A stretch of DNA of 46,473 nucleotides from a virus (taxonomy: Duplodnaviria > Heunggongvirae > Uroviricota > Caudoviricetes). A program made the position numbers and the translations under genes. The DNA lies in the IMG/VR virus record IMGVR_UViG_2563366824_000001. One strand, 5' to 3'. Below are positions 29,012 through 41,346 of this stretch, in pieces (within the stretch, counting starts at the first letter, position 1; every line of letters starts with the position of its first letter). The notes under the pieces are model-generated. The model saw nothing but the letters and a program-made list of their open reading frames with translations. It made no database searches and was not told the origin of the DNA.

Positions 29012-29755
29012 ATGACCACACCAAATCCACTGGCAAAGACGAAAGGTGCGGGGACGACGTTCTGGATGTATACCGGCAACGGCGACGCATTTGCGAACCC
29101 TTTGTCGGACACTGACTGGCTGCGTCTTGCGATGGTGAAGGATCTGCAACCTGGCGAAATGACCGCTGATGCAGAAGATGATACTTATCTCGATGATGAA
29201 GATGCAGACTGGAAAACGACAACCCAGGGGCAGAAATCAGTCGGTGATACTTCGGCGACGCTGGCCTGGCGTCCGGGTGACAGCGGGCAGAAAAAACTGG
29301 TTCAGTTGTTCGACTCCGGTGAAGTCTGCGCGTTTCGTATCAAATATCCCAACGGTACTGTTGATGTTTTCCGTGGCTGGCTGAGTTCACTGGGTAAAAC
29401 CATTGCCTCAAAAGACGTGATGACCCGCACTGTGAAAATCAGCGGTGTGGGGCGTCCGTATCTGGCAGAGGAAGGCACTGAAACAGTGAGCGTTACCGGG
29501 CTGACGGTGGCACCGGCATCTGCCAGTGTAAAAGTGGGAGCAACCACCACGCTGACCTTTACAGTAAAACCTGACGGAGCCAGTGACAAAGCGATCAGTG
29601 TGCATTCGTCAGATCCACAGACTGCCACGGTGACCCTGAACGGGCTTGTAGCCACGGTGAAAGGCGTGAAGCAGGGCAGTGTCAGCATTGTGGGCATGAC
29701 CGCTGACGGGAATTTTGTGGCTGTGGCTGCGGTGACTGTCAGCGCCGCAGGTTAA
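29012..29755 (+). CDS. V: Major tail protein V with C-terminal Ig-like domain
   Basis: SD aggagg; TPNPLAKTKGAGTTFWMY ... ANPLSDTDWLRLAMVKDL ... YLDDEDADW ... YPNGTVDVFRGWLSSLGK is collinear with lambda V. Confidence 0.9.
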   Translation: MTTPNPLAKTKGAGTTFWMYTGNGDAFANPLSDTDWLRLAMVKDLQPGEMTADAEDDTYLDDEDADWKTTTQGQKSVGDTSATLAWRPGDSGQKKLVQLFDSGEVCAFRIKYPNGTVDVFRGWLSSLGKTIASKDVMTRTVKISGVGRPYLAEEGTETVSVTGLTVAPASASVKVGATTTLTFTVKPDGASDKAISVHSSDPQTATVTLNGLVATVKGVKQGSVSIVGMTADGNFVAVAAVTVSAAG

Positions 29756-29775
29756 CAGGACGATACTCATCATTT

Positions 29776-29799
29776 GCCCCGGTTATCCGGGGCTTTTTT
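29776..29799 (+). terminator. Terminator-like hairpin between V and G (probably partial)
   Basis: gccccgg-ttat-ccggggc followed by TTTTTT. Confidence 0.55.
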
Positions 29800-29812
29800 G
29801 CAGGTGGAGAAC

Positions 29813-30202
29813 ATGATGTTTCTGAAACAGGGCACGTTTAATTATGAAAAACAGTCCGTGGTGCTCAGTGAGCTGTCCGGGCTGCAGAGAATTGAATATC
29901 TGGCGTTTGTTCAGCAGCGAACGGCAAAGTTTGATGCCGGTGAGGGAGAACTGCCGGAGGCTGAACGACAGATTGCTTTTCTGCGGATGGGGATGGATAT
30001 CAATGCCTGGCTGGTTTCCCGCTCACTGTGGAATGCGGATCAGTCTAAGGATGTAGAGACGCTTTGCGCATCCGTTATTACAACATGGTCGTATGATGCC
30101 CTGGGTGCGGGGGCGGAGATGGTTCTGTCGCTGAGCGGTATGGGGGCCATTGATAATGCCGGGGATGATGAGCATGAGGCGCTGACGCCGGAAAAGTCCT
30201 GA
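29813..30202 (+). CDS. G: Tail assembly chaperone G
   Basis: MMFLKQGTF ... LSELSGLQRIEYLAF resembles lambda G; start placed after the terminator hairpin, with SD ggtggaga. Confidence 0.8.
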   Translation: MMFLKQGTFNYEKQSVVLSELSGLQRIEYLAFVQQRTAKFDAGEGELPEAERQIAFLRMGMDINAWLVSRSLWNADQSKDVETLCASVITTWSYDALGAGAEMVLSLSGMGAIDNAGDDEHEALTPEKS

Positions 30203-30540
30203 CGCGGGAAATGCAGTTTGTCATGCGGCTTGCCCGGGAGTTCCGGCGGGCAGACTGGCGGCGGATGCTGTCGGAAATGTCGGCCACTGAGCTTGGTGAG
30301 TGGGGCGATTATTTCCGGATGCAGAGCTTCAGTGATGTGTGGATGGATGCGCAGTTTGCCTCGCTGAAGGCATTGATCGTGAGAATGGTGTCCGGCAGCA
30401 GTGATGCTGCGGTGGCTGATTTCAGCCTTTTACCGGAAGAGAACGGGATACCGGAGCGAACGGACGAAGAACTGATGCATCTTGGGGAAGGTATTTCCGG
30501 AGGTGTGCGTTATGGACCAGATAGCCAACCTGGTCATTGA
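30178..30540 (+). CDS. T: T-frame extension of the G-T tail assembly chaperone, expressed by -1 programmed frameshift from G
   Basis: The -1 frame is open from 30178 (just after a TGA at 30175..30177) and encodes VMRLAREFRRADWRRML ... GGVRYGPD, which resembles lambda gpT; G stops at 30202. Confidence 0.7.
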   Translation, partial: GADAGKVLTREMQFVMRLAREFRRADWRRMLSEMSATELGEWGDYFRMQSFSDVWMDAQFASLKALIVRMVSGSSDAAVADFSLLPEENGIPERTDEELMHLGEGISGGVRYGPDSQPGH

Positions 30541-33500
30541 TTTGGGGATTGATGCGGCAGAGTTTAAAAATGAAATCCCCCGTATCAAAAACCTTCTGAA
30601 TGGTGCAGCCAGCGATGCAGAACGGTCTTCTGCCCGTATGCAGCGTTTTATGGAGCGTCAGACTCAGGCCGCCCGGCAGACAACGCAGGCGGCGTCTTCG
30701 GCTGCAACAGCCGCATCCGTCCATGCGCAGACAGTGGAGAAGAACGCACAGGCTCATGAACGCATGGCCCGCGAGGTGGAGAAAACCCGCCAGCGCATGG
30801 AGGCGCTGAGCCAGAAAATGCGCGAGGAACAGGCGCAGGCCATGGCTCTGGCGGAGGCTCAGGATAAAGCGGCTGCTGCGTTTTATCGTCAGATTGACAG
30901 TGTGAAACAGGCCAGTGCGGGGCTGCAGGAATTACAGCGTATTCAGCAGCAGATCCGACAGGCCAGAAACAGTGGCGGGATTGGTCAGCAGGATTATCTG
31001 GCGCTGATTTCTGAGGTTACGGCGAAAACCCGTGTTCTTACACAGGCTGAGGAAGAGGCTACCCGACAGAAAGTGGCGTTTATCCGTCAGCTTAAAGAGC
31101 AGGCAACCCGCCAGAATCTTTCTTCTTCTGAGTTGCTTCGTGCTAAGGCTGCCCAGCTGGGGGTAAGCAGTGCTGCAGAAGTGTATATCCGCAAAATGGA
31201 GCAGGCAGGAAAAGCCACGCATTCGCTGGGTCTGAAAAGTGCAGCGGCCCGTCAGGAGATAGGCGTTCTGATAGGTGAACTGGCCCGCGGAAATTTAGGT
31301 GCGCTGAGGGGATCCGGAATAACGCTGGCTAACCGTGCCGGGTGGATAGACACATTGATGTCACCGAAAGGCATGATGCTTGGCGGGGTTATTGGCGGTA
31401 TTGCCGCGGCTGTCTATGGTCTGGGTAAAGCCTGGTATGACGGTCAGAAGGAGGGGGAAGAATTTAACCGCCAGCTGTCGCTGACGGGGCATTATGCCGG
31501 AGTCACTGCCGGGCAGCTGTGGACGCTCAGTCGTGCTATTTCCGGGAATGGTATCACGCAACATGCTGCAGCCGGTGCGCTGGCTCAGGTGGTGGGGAGT
31601 GGTGCATTTCGTGGAAACGATATCGGTATGGTGGCGAGAGCTGCCGCACAGATGGAGCGATCGGTTGGCCAGTCGATCAGCGATACCATAAATCAGTTTA
31701 AGCGGCTGAAGGATGATCCTGTAAATGCCGCGAAGGCTCTGGACAATGAGCTGCATTTTCTTACTGCCACTCAGCTTGAGCAGATACGTGTCCTTGGGGA
31801 TCAGGGACGGTCCAGTGATGCTGCACGGATAGCCATGTCTGCACTGGCAGAGGAAACCGGTCGGCGTACTGCGGATATTGATAATAACCTCAATGCGCTT
31901 GGTAGTACGCTGAAGTATCTGTCTGATTTGTGGAGTCGTTTCTGGGATGCGGCCATGAATATTGGTCGTGAAGACTCGCTGGATGAACAAATTGCCGCTT
32001 TACAGGAGAAAGTGTCGCGGGCGAAAAGACTCCCCTGGACGGCATCATCTTCTCAGGTTGAATACGATCAGCAGCGTCTTAACGATCTTCAGGAGAAAAA
32101 ACGCCAGAAGGATTTGCAGGATGCAAAAGAGCAGGCAGAGCGGAATTATCAGGAGCAACAGAAACGCCGTAATGCTGAAAATGCTGCACTGAACCGGATG
32201 AATGAAACTGAAGCAGCACGGCATCAGCGTGAAATTGCGCGTATTAATGCCATGCAGTACGCCGATCAGGCTGTCAGGGATGCGGCGATACAACGTGAAA
32301 ATGAACGTTACGAGAAAGCCCTGGCATCCGGTAAGAAAAAAACACGCGAAACCCGTAATGATGAGGCCACCCGGTTATTGCTGCAGTACAGTCAGCAACA
32401 GGCACAGGTGGAAGGGCAGATTGCTGCTGCAAGACAGTCAGCAGGCATTGCCACTGACAGGATGACAGAAGCGCATAAACAGCTTCTGGCTCTGCAGCAG
32501 CGCATCAGCGACCTGGACGGGAAAAAACTGACGGCAGATGAAAAGAGTGTGCTTGCCCGTAAAGATGAACTGATTCAGGCATTGACGCTGCTGGATGTAA
32601 AACAGCAGGAGCTTCAGAAACAGACGGCACTCAACGAGCTGAAGAAAAAAACAATTCAGCTGACCAGTCAACTGGCTGAAGAAGAGCGCGCTCAGCGTCA
32701 GCAACATGACCTGGATATCGCCACGGTGGGTATGGGTGATCAGCAGCGGCAGCGATATCAGGTACAACTGAGTCTTCGCCAGAAATACCAGCAACAGCTG
32801 GAGCAGTTGAGGCGGGATAGCGAGCAGAAAGGGACATATAACACGGATGACTACAGAAAGGCCGAGCAGGCGCTGACGGAGAGCCTGAACCGACAACTGA
32901 ATGAGAATCGCCGTTACTGGCAACAGCTTGAAATTGCTCAGGGTGACTGGAAAAACGGAGTCCTGCGTGCACTCCAGAATGTCACTGAGAATGCGGATAA
33001 CACAGCCGGGACAGTGGAACAGTTGTTCACGTCTGCGTTCAGTAGCATGAGTGACTGGCTGGCGACATTCTGTACTACAGGCAAACTCAATTTCAAATCC
33101 TTCACCTCTTCTGTGCTGTCAGATATGTCCAGAATCATGGCTCAGATAGCTTTAATGAAAGCGGTAAAAGGCATTGCTTCCGCGCTGCCTTTTGATTTTG
33201 TAGCTAATGCTGATGGCGGTGTTTATCAGTCGGCTGATTTGAGTCGCTACAGTGGCACGGTGGTTAACCGTCCGACGTTTTTTGCTTTTGCAAAAGGCGC
33301 GGGTGTGATGGGGGAAGCTGGGCCTGAAGCCATTCTGCCACTGCGTCGTGGTGCTGACGGTAAGCTGGGGGTTGTGGCGGATATTGGTGGTTCAGGTATG
33401 GCGATGTTTGCCCCGCAGTACAACATCGAGATCAATAACGATGGCACGAACGGGCAGATAGGTCCGGCTGCCCTGAAGGTGGTTTATGACCTTGGGAAAA

Positions 33501-33568
33501 AAGCGGCAGCGGACTTTATGCAACAGCAGGCCCGTGATGGTGGTCGGTTAAGTGGAGCATATCGGTAA
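30512..33568 (+). CDS. H: Tail tape measure protein (lambda H-like)
   Basis: About 1018 aa, Ala/Gln/Arg-rich coiled coil, located between G-T and M; SD ggaggtg before the ATG at 30512. Confidence 0.9.
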   Translation: MDQIANLVIDLGIDAAEFKNEIPRIKNLLNGAASDAERSSARMQRFMERQTQAARQTTQAASSAATAASVHAQTVEKNAQAHERMAREVEKTRQRMEALSQKMREEQAQAMALAEAQDKAAAAFYRQIDSVKQASAGLQELQRIQQQIRQARNSGGIGQQDYLALISEVTAKTRVLTQAEEEATRQKVAFIRQLKEQATRQNLSSSELLRAKAAQLGVSSAAEVYIRKMEQAGKATHSLGLKSAAARQEIGVLIGELARGNLGALRGSGITLANRAGWIDTLMSPKGMMLGGVIGGIAAAVYGLGKAWYDGQKEGEEFNRQLSLTGHYAGVTAGQLWTLSRAISGNGITQHAAAGALAQVVGSGAFRGNDIGMVARAAAQMERSVGQSISDTINQFKRLKDDPVNAAKALDNELHFLTATQLEQIRVLGDQGRSSDAARIAMSALAEETGRRTADIDNNLNALGSTLKYLSDLWSRFWDAAMNIGREDSLDEQIAALQEKVSRAKRLPWTASSSQVEYDQQRLNDLQEKKRQKDLQDAKEQAERNYQEQQKRRNAENAALNRMNETEAARHQREIARINAMQYADQAVRDAAIQRENERYEKALASGKKKTRETRNDEATRLLLQYSQQQAQVEGQIAAARQSAGIATDRMTEAHKQLLALQQRISDLDGKKLTADEKSVLARKDELIQALTLLDVKQQELQKQTALNELKKKTIQLTSQLAEEERAQRQQHDLDIATVGMGDQQRQRYQVQLSLRQKYQQQLEQLRRDSEQKGTYNTDDYRKAEQALTESLNRQLNENRRYWQQLEIAQGDWKNGVLRALQNVTENADNTAGTVEQLFTSAFSSMSDWLATFCTTGKLNFKSFTSSVLSDMSRIMAQIALMKAVKGIASALPFDFVANADGGVYQSADLSRYSGTVVNRPTFFAFAKGAGVMGEAGPEAILPLRRGADGKLGVVADIGGSGMAMFAPQYNIEINNDGTNGQIGPAALKVVYDLGKKAAADFMQQQARDGGRLSGAYR

Positions 33569-33897
33569 TGGAGACGTTTCACTGGAAAGTGCGCCCGGAT
33601 ATGAATGTGGTATCAGAGCCGAAAGTGGTGACAGTGAAGCTGGGCGATGGTTATGAACAGCGTCGTGCGGCGGGACTGAATAACCAGTTGTCGACTTACA
33701 GCGTGACGATACGTGTTCGTAAATGTGAACACCCATCTTTAAAAGCCTTTCTGGAACGGCACGGTGGCGTCCGCGCATTTCAGTGGACGCCACCTTATGA
33801 CTGGAAGCCGATCAGGGTGGTTTGTCGTAAATGGTCGGCAAGCGTGGGGGCGCTGTGGGTAACCATAACGGCAGATTTTGAACAGGTCGTGGCATAG
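33568..33897 (+). CDS. M: Minor tail protein M
   Basis: 109 aa; FHWKVRPDMNV ... GDGYEQRRAAGLN ... TYSVT ... HGG.RAF.WTPPYDWKPI.V.C.KWS collinear with lambda M. Confidence 0.9.
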   Translation: METFHWKVRPDMNVVSEPKVVTVKLGDGYEQRRAAGLNNQLSTYSVTIRVRKCEHPSLKAFLERHGGVRAFQWTPPYDWKPIRVVCRKWSASVGALWVTITADFEQVVA

Positions 33898-33906
33898 GAG
33901 GCCCTG

Positions 33907-34605
33907 ATGCAGGATATTCCACAGGAAACACATCATGAGACGACACGCCTTACTCAGTCAGCCCAGGTGGTGCTCTGGGAAATCGATCTGACAGAGGTCG
34001 GTGGTGAACGTTATTTTTTCTGTAATGAGCAGAACGAAAAAGGTGAGCCGGTCACCTGGCAGGGGCGGCAGTATCAGGTATACCCTATTCAGGGGACGGG
34101 ATTTGAACTGAACGGTAAGGGTAGTGCTGCCCGTCCGACACTGACGGTCTCTAACCTGCACGGCATGGTCACCGGGATGGTGGAAGACCTGCAGAGTCTG
34201 GTCGGCGGAACGGTGGTCAGGCGTAAGGTTTACGCCCGTTTTCTGGATGCGGTGAACTTCGTCAACGGAAACAGCGACGCCGATCCGGAGCAGGAGGTGA
34301 TCAGCCGCTGGCGCATCGAGCAGTGCAGCGAACTGAGTGCGGTCAGTGCCTCCTTTGTGCTCTCCACACCGACGGAAACGGATGGTGCTGTTTTTCCGGG
34401 GCGCATCATGCTGGCCAACACCTGCACCTGGACCTATCGCGGTGATGAGTGCGGTTATCATGGTCCGGCTGTCGCGGATGAATATGACCAGCCGACGTCC
34501 GATATCACGAAGGATAAATGCAGCAAATGCCTGAGCGGCTGTAAGTTTCGCAATAACGTCGGCAACTTTGGCGGCTTCCTTTCCATTAACAAACTTTCGC
34601 AGTAA
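33907..34605 (+). CDS. L: Minor tail protein L
   Basis: 232 aa; nearly residue-for-residue match to lambda L as I remember it (VVLWEIDLTEVGGERYFFCNEQNEKGEPVTWQGRQYQ ...). Confidence 0.9.
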   Translation: MQDIPQETHHETTRLTQSAQVVLWEIDLTEVGGERYFFCNEQNEKGEPVTWQGRQYQVYPIQGTGFELNGKGSAARPTLTVSNLHGMVTGMVEDLQSLVGGTVVRRKVYARFLDAVNFVNGNSDADPEQEVISRWRIEQCSELSAVSASFVLSTPTETDGAVFPGRIMLANTCTWTYRGDECGYHGPAVADEYDQPTSDITKDKCSKCLSGCKFRNNVGNFGGFLSINKLSQ

Positions 34606-34609
34606 TCCC

Positions 34610-35353
34610 ATGACACAGACAGAATCAGCGATTCTGGCGCACGCCCGGCGATGTGCGCCAGCGGAGTCGTGCGGCTTCGTGGTGAGAACGCCGGAAGGGG
34701 AAAGATATTTTCCCTGCGTGAATATCTCCGGTGAGCCGGAGGCGTATTTCCGGATGTCGCCGGAGGACTGGCTGCGGGCAGAGATGCAGGGTGAGATTGT
34801 GGCGCTGGTCCACAGCCACCCCGGTGGCCTGCCCTGGCTGAGTGAGGCTGACAGGCGGCTGCAGGTGCAGAGCGATTTGCCTTGGTGGCTGGTCTGCCGG
34901 GGTGAGATTCATAAATTCCGCTGTGTGCCGCATCTTACCGGGCGGCGCTTTGAGCACGGGGCGACGGACTGTTACACGCTGTTCCGGGATGCTTATCATC
35001 TGGCGGGGATTGAGATGCCGGACTTTCATCGTGAGGATGACTGGTGGTGTAACGGCCAGAATCTCTATCTGGATAATCTGGAGGCCACAGGGCTGTATCA
35101 GGTGCCGTTGTCAGCGGCGCAGCCGGGCGATGTGCTGCTGTGCTGTTTTGGTTCATCGGTGCCGAATCATGCCGCCATTTACTGCGGCGACGGTGAGCTG
35201 TTGCACCATATTCCTGAACAACTGAGCAAACGAGAGAGGTATACCGACAAATGGCAGCGACGCACACACTCCCTCTGGCGTCACCGGGCATGGCACGCAT
35301 CTGCCTTTACGGGGATTTACAACGATTTGGCCGCCGCATCGACCTTCGTGTAA
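34610..35353 (+). CDS. K: Tail assembly protein K (JAB/MPN plus NlpC/P60-like domains)
   Basis: HSHPGG (JAB-like) and Cys/His peptidase-like motifs; located between L and I; start is uncertain (34568 or 34610). Confidence 0.8.
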   Translation: MTQTESAILAHARRCAPAESCGFVVRTPEGERYFPCVNISGEPEAYFRMSPEDWLRAEMQGEIVALVHSHPGGLPWLSEADRRLQVQSDLPWWLVCRGEIHKFRCVPHLTGRRFEHGATDCYTLFRDAYHLAGIEMPDFHREDDWWCNGQNLYLDNLEATGLYQVPLSAAQPGDVLLCCFGSSVPNHAAIYCGDGELLHHIPEQLSKRERYTDKWQRRTHSLWRHRAWHASAFTGIYNDLAAASTFV

Positions 35354-35709
35354 AAACGGGGGCTGAAGCCATCCGGGCGTTGTCCACACAGCTCCCGGCG
35401 TTTCGTCAGAAACTGAATGACGGCTGGTATCAGGTGCGCATTGCCGGGCGTGATGCAGGTGAAACCGAATTATCTGCCCGTCTTAATGAGCCGCTGGCAA
35501 ATGGTGCCGTGATCCACATCGTGCCGCGTCTGGCGGGAGCTAAAAGTGGCGGTGTGTTTCAGGTGGTGCTGGGGGCGGCGCTGATTGCGGTGGCATGGTG
35601 GAACCCTGTGGGCTGGCTGGGTGCCGCGGCTGTATCGGGCATGTATGCGGCAGGGGCCAGTATGATCCTGGGTGGTGTGGCCCAGATGCTGGCACCGAAA
35701 GCCCGGACG

Positions 35710-37145
<1,436 letters not shown>

Positions 37146-37219
37146 TGATTGGTCGCTGATGCAAAATGTTTTATGTGAAACCGCCTCCGGGCGGTTTTAT
37201 CGTTTATGGAGCATGACGA

Positions 37220-40200
37220 ATGGGTAAAGGCAGCAGTAAGGGGCATACCCCGCGCGAAGCGAAGGACAACCTGAAGTCCACGCAACTGCTGAGTGTGATC
37301 GATGCCATCAGCGAAGGGCCGGTTGAAGGTCCGGTGGATGGATTAAAAAGCGTGCTGCTGAACAGTACGCCGGTGCTGGACAGTGAGGGGAATACCAATA
37401 TATCCGGCGTCACGGTGGTGTTCCGGGCCGGTGAGCAGGAGCAGACTCCGCCGGAGGGATTTGAATCCTCCGGTTCCGAGACGGTGCTGGGTACGGAAGT
37501 GAAATATGACACGCCGATCACCCGCACCATCACGTCGGCAAACATCGACCGTCTGCGCTTTACCTTCGGTGTGCAGGCACTGGTGGAAACCACCTCAAAG
37601 GGGGACAGGAATCCATCGGAAGTCCGCCTGCTGGTTCAGATACAACGTAACGGTGGCTGGGTGACGGAAAAAGACATCACCATTAAGGGTAAAACCACCT
37701 CGCAGTATCTGGCCTCAGTGGTGGTGGATAACCTGCCGCCGCGCCCGTTTAATATCCGGATGCGCAGGATGACGCCGGACAGCACCACAGACCAGCTGCA
37801 GAACAAAACGCTCTGGTCGTCATACACCGAAATCATCGATGTGAAACAGTGCTACCCGAACACGGCACTGGTCGGCGTGCAGGTGGACTCGGAGCAGTTC
37901 GGCAGCCAGCAGGTGAGCCGTAATTATCATCTGCGCGGGCGTATTCTGCAGGTGCCGTCGAACTATAACCCGCAGACGCGGCAATACAGCGGTATCTGGG
38001 ACGGGACGTTTAAACCGGCATACAGCAACAACATGGCCTGGTGTCTGTGGGATATGCTGACCCATCCGCGCTACGGCATGGGGAAGCGTCTCGGTGCGGC
38101 GGATGTGGACAAATGGGCGCTGTATGTCATCGGCCAGAATTGCGACCAGTCGGTGCCGGATGGCTTTGGTGGCACAGAGCCGCGCATCACCTGTAATGCC
38201 TGGCTGACCACGCAGCGCAAGGCGTGGGATGTGCTCAGTGATTTCTGCTCGGCGATGCGCTGTATGCCGGTATGGAACGGGCAGACGCTGACGTTCGTGC
38301 AGGACCGGCCATCGGATAAGGTGTGGACCTATAACCGCAGTAATGTGGTGATGCCGGATGATGGCGCGCCGTTCCGCTACAGCTTCAGCGCCCTGAAGGA
38401 CCGTCATAATGCCGTTGAGGTGAACTGGATTGACCCGAATAACGGCTGGGAGACGGCGACAGAGCTTGTGGAGGACACGCAGGCCATTGCCCGTTACGGT
38501 CGTAACGTCACGAAGATGGATGCCTTTGGCTGTACCAGCCGGGGGCAGGCACACCGCGCCGGGCTGTGGCTGATTAAAACAGAACTGCTGGAAACGCAGA
38601 CCGTGGATTTCAGCGTCGGCGCAGAAGGGCTTCGCCATGTACCGGGTGATGTTATTGAAATCTGCGATGATGACTATGCGGGGATCAGCATTGGCGGGCG
38701 CGTGCTGGCGGTGAACAGCCAGACCCGGACGCTGACGCTCGACCGTGAAATCACGCTGCCATCCTCCGGTACCACGCTGATAAGCCTGGTTGACGGGCAG
38801 GGGAGTCCGGTCAGCGTGGAGGTTCAGTCCGTCACCGACGGCGTGAAGGTGAAAGTGAGTCGGGTTCCTGACGGCGTTGCCGAATACAGCGTGTGGGGGC
38901 TGAAGCTGCCGACGCTGCGCCAGCGCCTGTTCCGCTGTGTGAGTATCCGTGAGAACGATGACGGCACGTATGCCATCACTGCCGTGCAGCATGTACCGGA
39001 AAAAGAAGCCATCGTGGATAACGGGGCGCACTTTGACGGCGACCAGAGCGGCACGGTGAATGGTGTCACGCCGCCAGCGGTGCAGCACCTGACCGCCGAA
39101 GTCACCGCAGACAGCGGGGAATACCAGGTGCTGGCGCGCTGGGATACGCCGAAGGTGGTGAAGGGCGTGAGCTTTATGCTTCGCCTGACCGTGGCAGCGG
39201 ATGACGGCAGTGAGCGGCTGGTCAGCACGGCCCGGACGACGGAAACCACATACCGCTTCAGGCAGCTGGCTCTGGGAAATTACAGTCTGACAGTCCGGGC
39301 GGTAAATGCGTGGGGGCAGCAGGGCGATCCGGCGTCGGTATCGTTCCGGATTGCCGCACCGGCAGCGCCATCGCGGATTGAGCTGACGCCGGGCTATTTT
39401 CAGATAACTGCCACGCCGCATCTTGCGGTTTATGATCCGACGGTACAGTTTGAGTTCTGGTTCTCGGAAAATCGGATTGCGGATATCAGGCAGGTTGAAA
39501 CCAGCGCGCGTTATCTTGGCACGGCGCTGTACTGGATAGCCGCCAGTATCAATATCAAACCGGGCCATGATTATTATTTTTACGTTCGCAGTGTGAACAC
39601 CGTCGGCAAATCGATATTCGTGGAGGCTGTCGGTCGGGCGAGCGATGATGCGGAAGGTTACCTGGATTTTTTCAAAGGCAAGATAACCGAATCCCATCTC
39701 GGCAAGGAGCTGCTGGAAAAAGTCGAGCTGACGGAGGATAACGCCAGCAGACTGGAGGAGTTTTCGAAAGAGTGGAAGGACGCCAACGATAAGTGGAATG
39801 CCATGTGGGCTGTCAAAATTGAGCAGACCAAAGACGGCAAACATTATGTCGCGGGGCTTGGCCTCAGCATGGAGGACACGGAGGAAGGCAAACTGAGCCA
39901 GTTCCTGGTTGCCGCTAACCGTATCGCATTTATTGACCCGGCAAACGGGAATGAAACGCCGATGTTTGTGGCGCAGGGCAATCAGATATTCATGAACGAA
40001 GTGTTCCTGAAATATCTGACGGCTCCCACCATTACCAGCGGCGGTAATCCTCCGGCATTTTCCCTGACACCGGACGGGCGGCTGACGGCGAAAAATGCCG
40101 ATATCAGCGGTAACGTGAATGCGAACTCCGGGACGCTCAACAACGTCACGATTAACGAGAACTGCCGGGTTCTGGGAAAACTGTCCGCGAACCAGATTGA

Positions 40201-40615
40201 AGGCGATCTCGTTAAAACAGTGGGCAAAGCTTTCCCCCGTGACTCCCGAGCACCGGAGCGGTGGCCATCAGGGACCATTACCGTCAGGGTTTATGACGAT
40301 CAGCCGTTTGACCGGCAAATTGTTATTCCGGCGGTGGCATTCAGTGGCGCTAAGCATGAGAGAGAGCATACTGATATTTACTCCTCATGCCGTCTGATAG
40401 TGCGGAAAAACGGTGCTGAAATTTATAACCGTACCGCGCTGGATAATACGCTGATTTACAGTGGCGTTATTGATATGCCTGCCGGTCACGGTCACATGAC
40501 ACTGGAGTTTTCGGTGTCAGCATGGCTGGTAAATGGCTGGTATCCCACAGCAAGTATCAGCGATTTGCTGGTTGTTGTGATGAAGAAAGCCACTGCAGGC
40601 ATCACGATTAGCTGA
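37220..40615 (+). CDS. J: Central tail fibre / host specificity protein J
   Basis: 1131 aa; SD ggag; position after I and size as lambda J. Confidence 0.9.
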   Translation: MGKGSSKGHTPREAKDNLKSTQLLSVIDAISEGPVEGPVDGLKSVLLNSTPVLDSEGNTNISGVTVVFRAGEQEQTPPEGFESSGSETVLGTEVKYDTPITRTITSANIDRLRFTFGVQALVETTSKGDRNPSEVRLLVQIQRNGGWVTEKDITIKGKTTSQYLASVVVDNLPPRPFNIRMRRMTPDSTTDQLQNKTLWSSYTEIIDVKQCYPNTALVGVQVDSEQFGSQQVSRNYHLRGRILQVPSNYNPQTRQYSGIWDGTFKPAYSNNMAWCLWDMLTHPRYGMGKRLGAADVDKWALYVIGQNCDQSVPDGFGGTEPRITCNAWLTTQRKAWDVLSDFCSAMRCMPVWNGQTLTFVQDRPSDKVWTYNRSNVVMPDDGAPFRYSFSALKDRHNAVEVNWIDPNNGWETATELVEDTQAIARYGRNVTKMDAFGCTSRGQAHRAGLWLIKTELLETQTVDFSVGAEGLRHVPGDVIEICDDDYAGISIGGRVLAVNSQTRTLTLDREITLPSSGTTLISLVDGQGSPVSVEVQSVTDGVKVKVSRVPDGVAEYSVWGLKLPTLRQRLFRCVSIRENDDGTYAITAVQHVPEKEAIVDNGAHFDGDQSGTVNGVTPPAVQHLTAEVTADSGEYQVLARWDTPKVVKGVSFMLRLTVAADDGSERLVSTARTTETTYRFRQLALGNYSLTVRAVNAWGQQGDPASVSFRIAAPAAPSRIELTPGYFQITATPHLAVYDPTVQFEFWFSENRIADIRQVETSARYLGTALYWIAASINIKPGHDYYFYVRSVNTVGKSIFVEAVGRASDDAEGYLDFFKGKITESHLGKELLEKVELTEDNASRLEEFSKEWKDANDKWNAMWAVKIEQTKDGKHYVAGLGLSMEDTEEGKLSQFLVAANRIAFIDPANGNETPMFVAQGNQIFMNEVFLKYLTAPTITSGGNPPAFSLTPDGRLTAKNADISGNVNANSGTLNNVTINENCRVLGKLSANQIEGDLVKTVGKAFPRDSRAPERWPSGTITVRVYDDQPFDRQIVIPAVAFSGAKHEREHTDIYSSCRLIVRKNGAEIYNRTALDNTLIYSGVIDMPAGHGHMTLEFSVSAWLVNGWYPTASISDLLVVVMKKATAGITIS

Positions 40616-40633
40616 ATTTTATAACCCAGATAC

Positions 40634-40659
40634 GGGCACCAGAAATGGTGCCTTTTTTA
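40634..40659 (+). terminator. Rho-independent terminator after J
   Basis: ggcacc-agaaat-ggtgcc followed by TTTTTT. Confidence 0.6.
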
Positions 40660-40682
40660 TTGCAGAAAAGCGAGAGGTAATT

Positions 40683-41282
40683 ATGCGTAAATTATGTGCT
40701 GTTATTCTGTCCGCAGTAGTCTGGCTGGTTGCCGCTGGTACGCCAGCGAGCGCAGCAGAGCATCAGTCCACACTAAGCGCCGGGTATCTTCAGACCCATA
40801 CTGATATGCCAGGCAGTGATGACCTGAAGGGCATTAACGTGAAATACCGTTATGAATTTACGGACACGCTGGGGCTGGTGACGTCATTCAGTTATGCCAA
40901 TGCCAAAGATGAGCAAAGAACGCATTACAGCGATACCCGCTGGCATGAAGATTCAGTGCGTAACCGCTGGTTCAGCATGATGGCGGGGCCATCTGTACGC
41001 GTGAATGAATGGTTCAGTGCTTATGCGATGGCAGGTGTGGCTTACAGCCGTGTTTCGACGTTCTCCGGGGATTATCTCCGCGTAACTGACAACAAGGGGA
41101 AAACGCACGATGTGCTGACCGGAAGTGATGACGATCGCCACAGCAACACGTCTCTGGCGTGGGGAGCTGGCGTGCAGTTTAACCCGACCGAATCCGTGGC
41201 CATTGATATTGCTTATGAAGGCTCCGGCAGTGGCGACTGGCGCACTGACGGTTTCATCGTGGGTGTCGGTTATAAGTTCTGA
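40683..41282 (+). CDS. lom: Lom/Ail/PagC-family outer-membrane beta-barrel protein
   Basis: 199 aa with signal peptide and beta-barrel pattern ending ...GFIVGVGYKF; located after J as in lambda. Confidence 0.85.
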   Translation: MRKLCAVILSAVVWLVAAGTPASAAEHQSTLSAGYLQTHTDMPGSDDLKGINVKYRYEFTDTLGLVTSFSYANAKDEQRTHYSDTRWHEDSVRNRWFSMMAGPSVRVNEWFSAYAMAGVAYSRVSTFSGDYLRVTDNKGKTHDVLTGSDDDRHSNTSLAWGAGVQFNPTESVAIDIAYEGSGSGDWRTDGFIVGVGYKF

Positions 41283-41309
41283 TTAGCCAGGTAACACAGT
41301 GTTATGACA

Positions 41310-41337
41310 GCCCGCCGGTTCAGGCGGGCTTTTTTGT
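41310..41337 (+). terminator. Rho-independent terminator after lom
   Basis: gcccgcc-ggttca-ggcgggc followed by TTTTTT. Confidence 0.65.
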
Positions 41338-41346
41338 GGAGTGGAT

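Noticed and set aside
30932-33447. Multiple ORFs on both strands inside the tape-measure gene (for example 31361..31990 -, 32438..32923 -, 32631..32972 -)
   Set aside because: All nested within the long coiled-coil tape-measure ORF; compositionally biased alternative frames.
37820-39844. 674-aa minus-strand ORF antisense to gene J (and smaller antisense ORFs at 38824..39249 and 39658..39840)
   Set aside because: Lies entirely within the well-supported J coding region; Arg/His/Pro-rich low-complexity translation typical of GC-rich antisense frames; no SD or start context.
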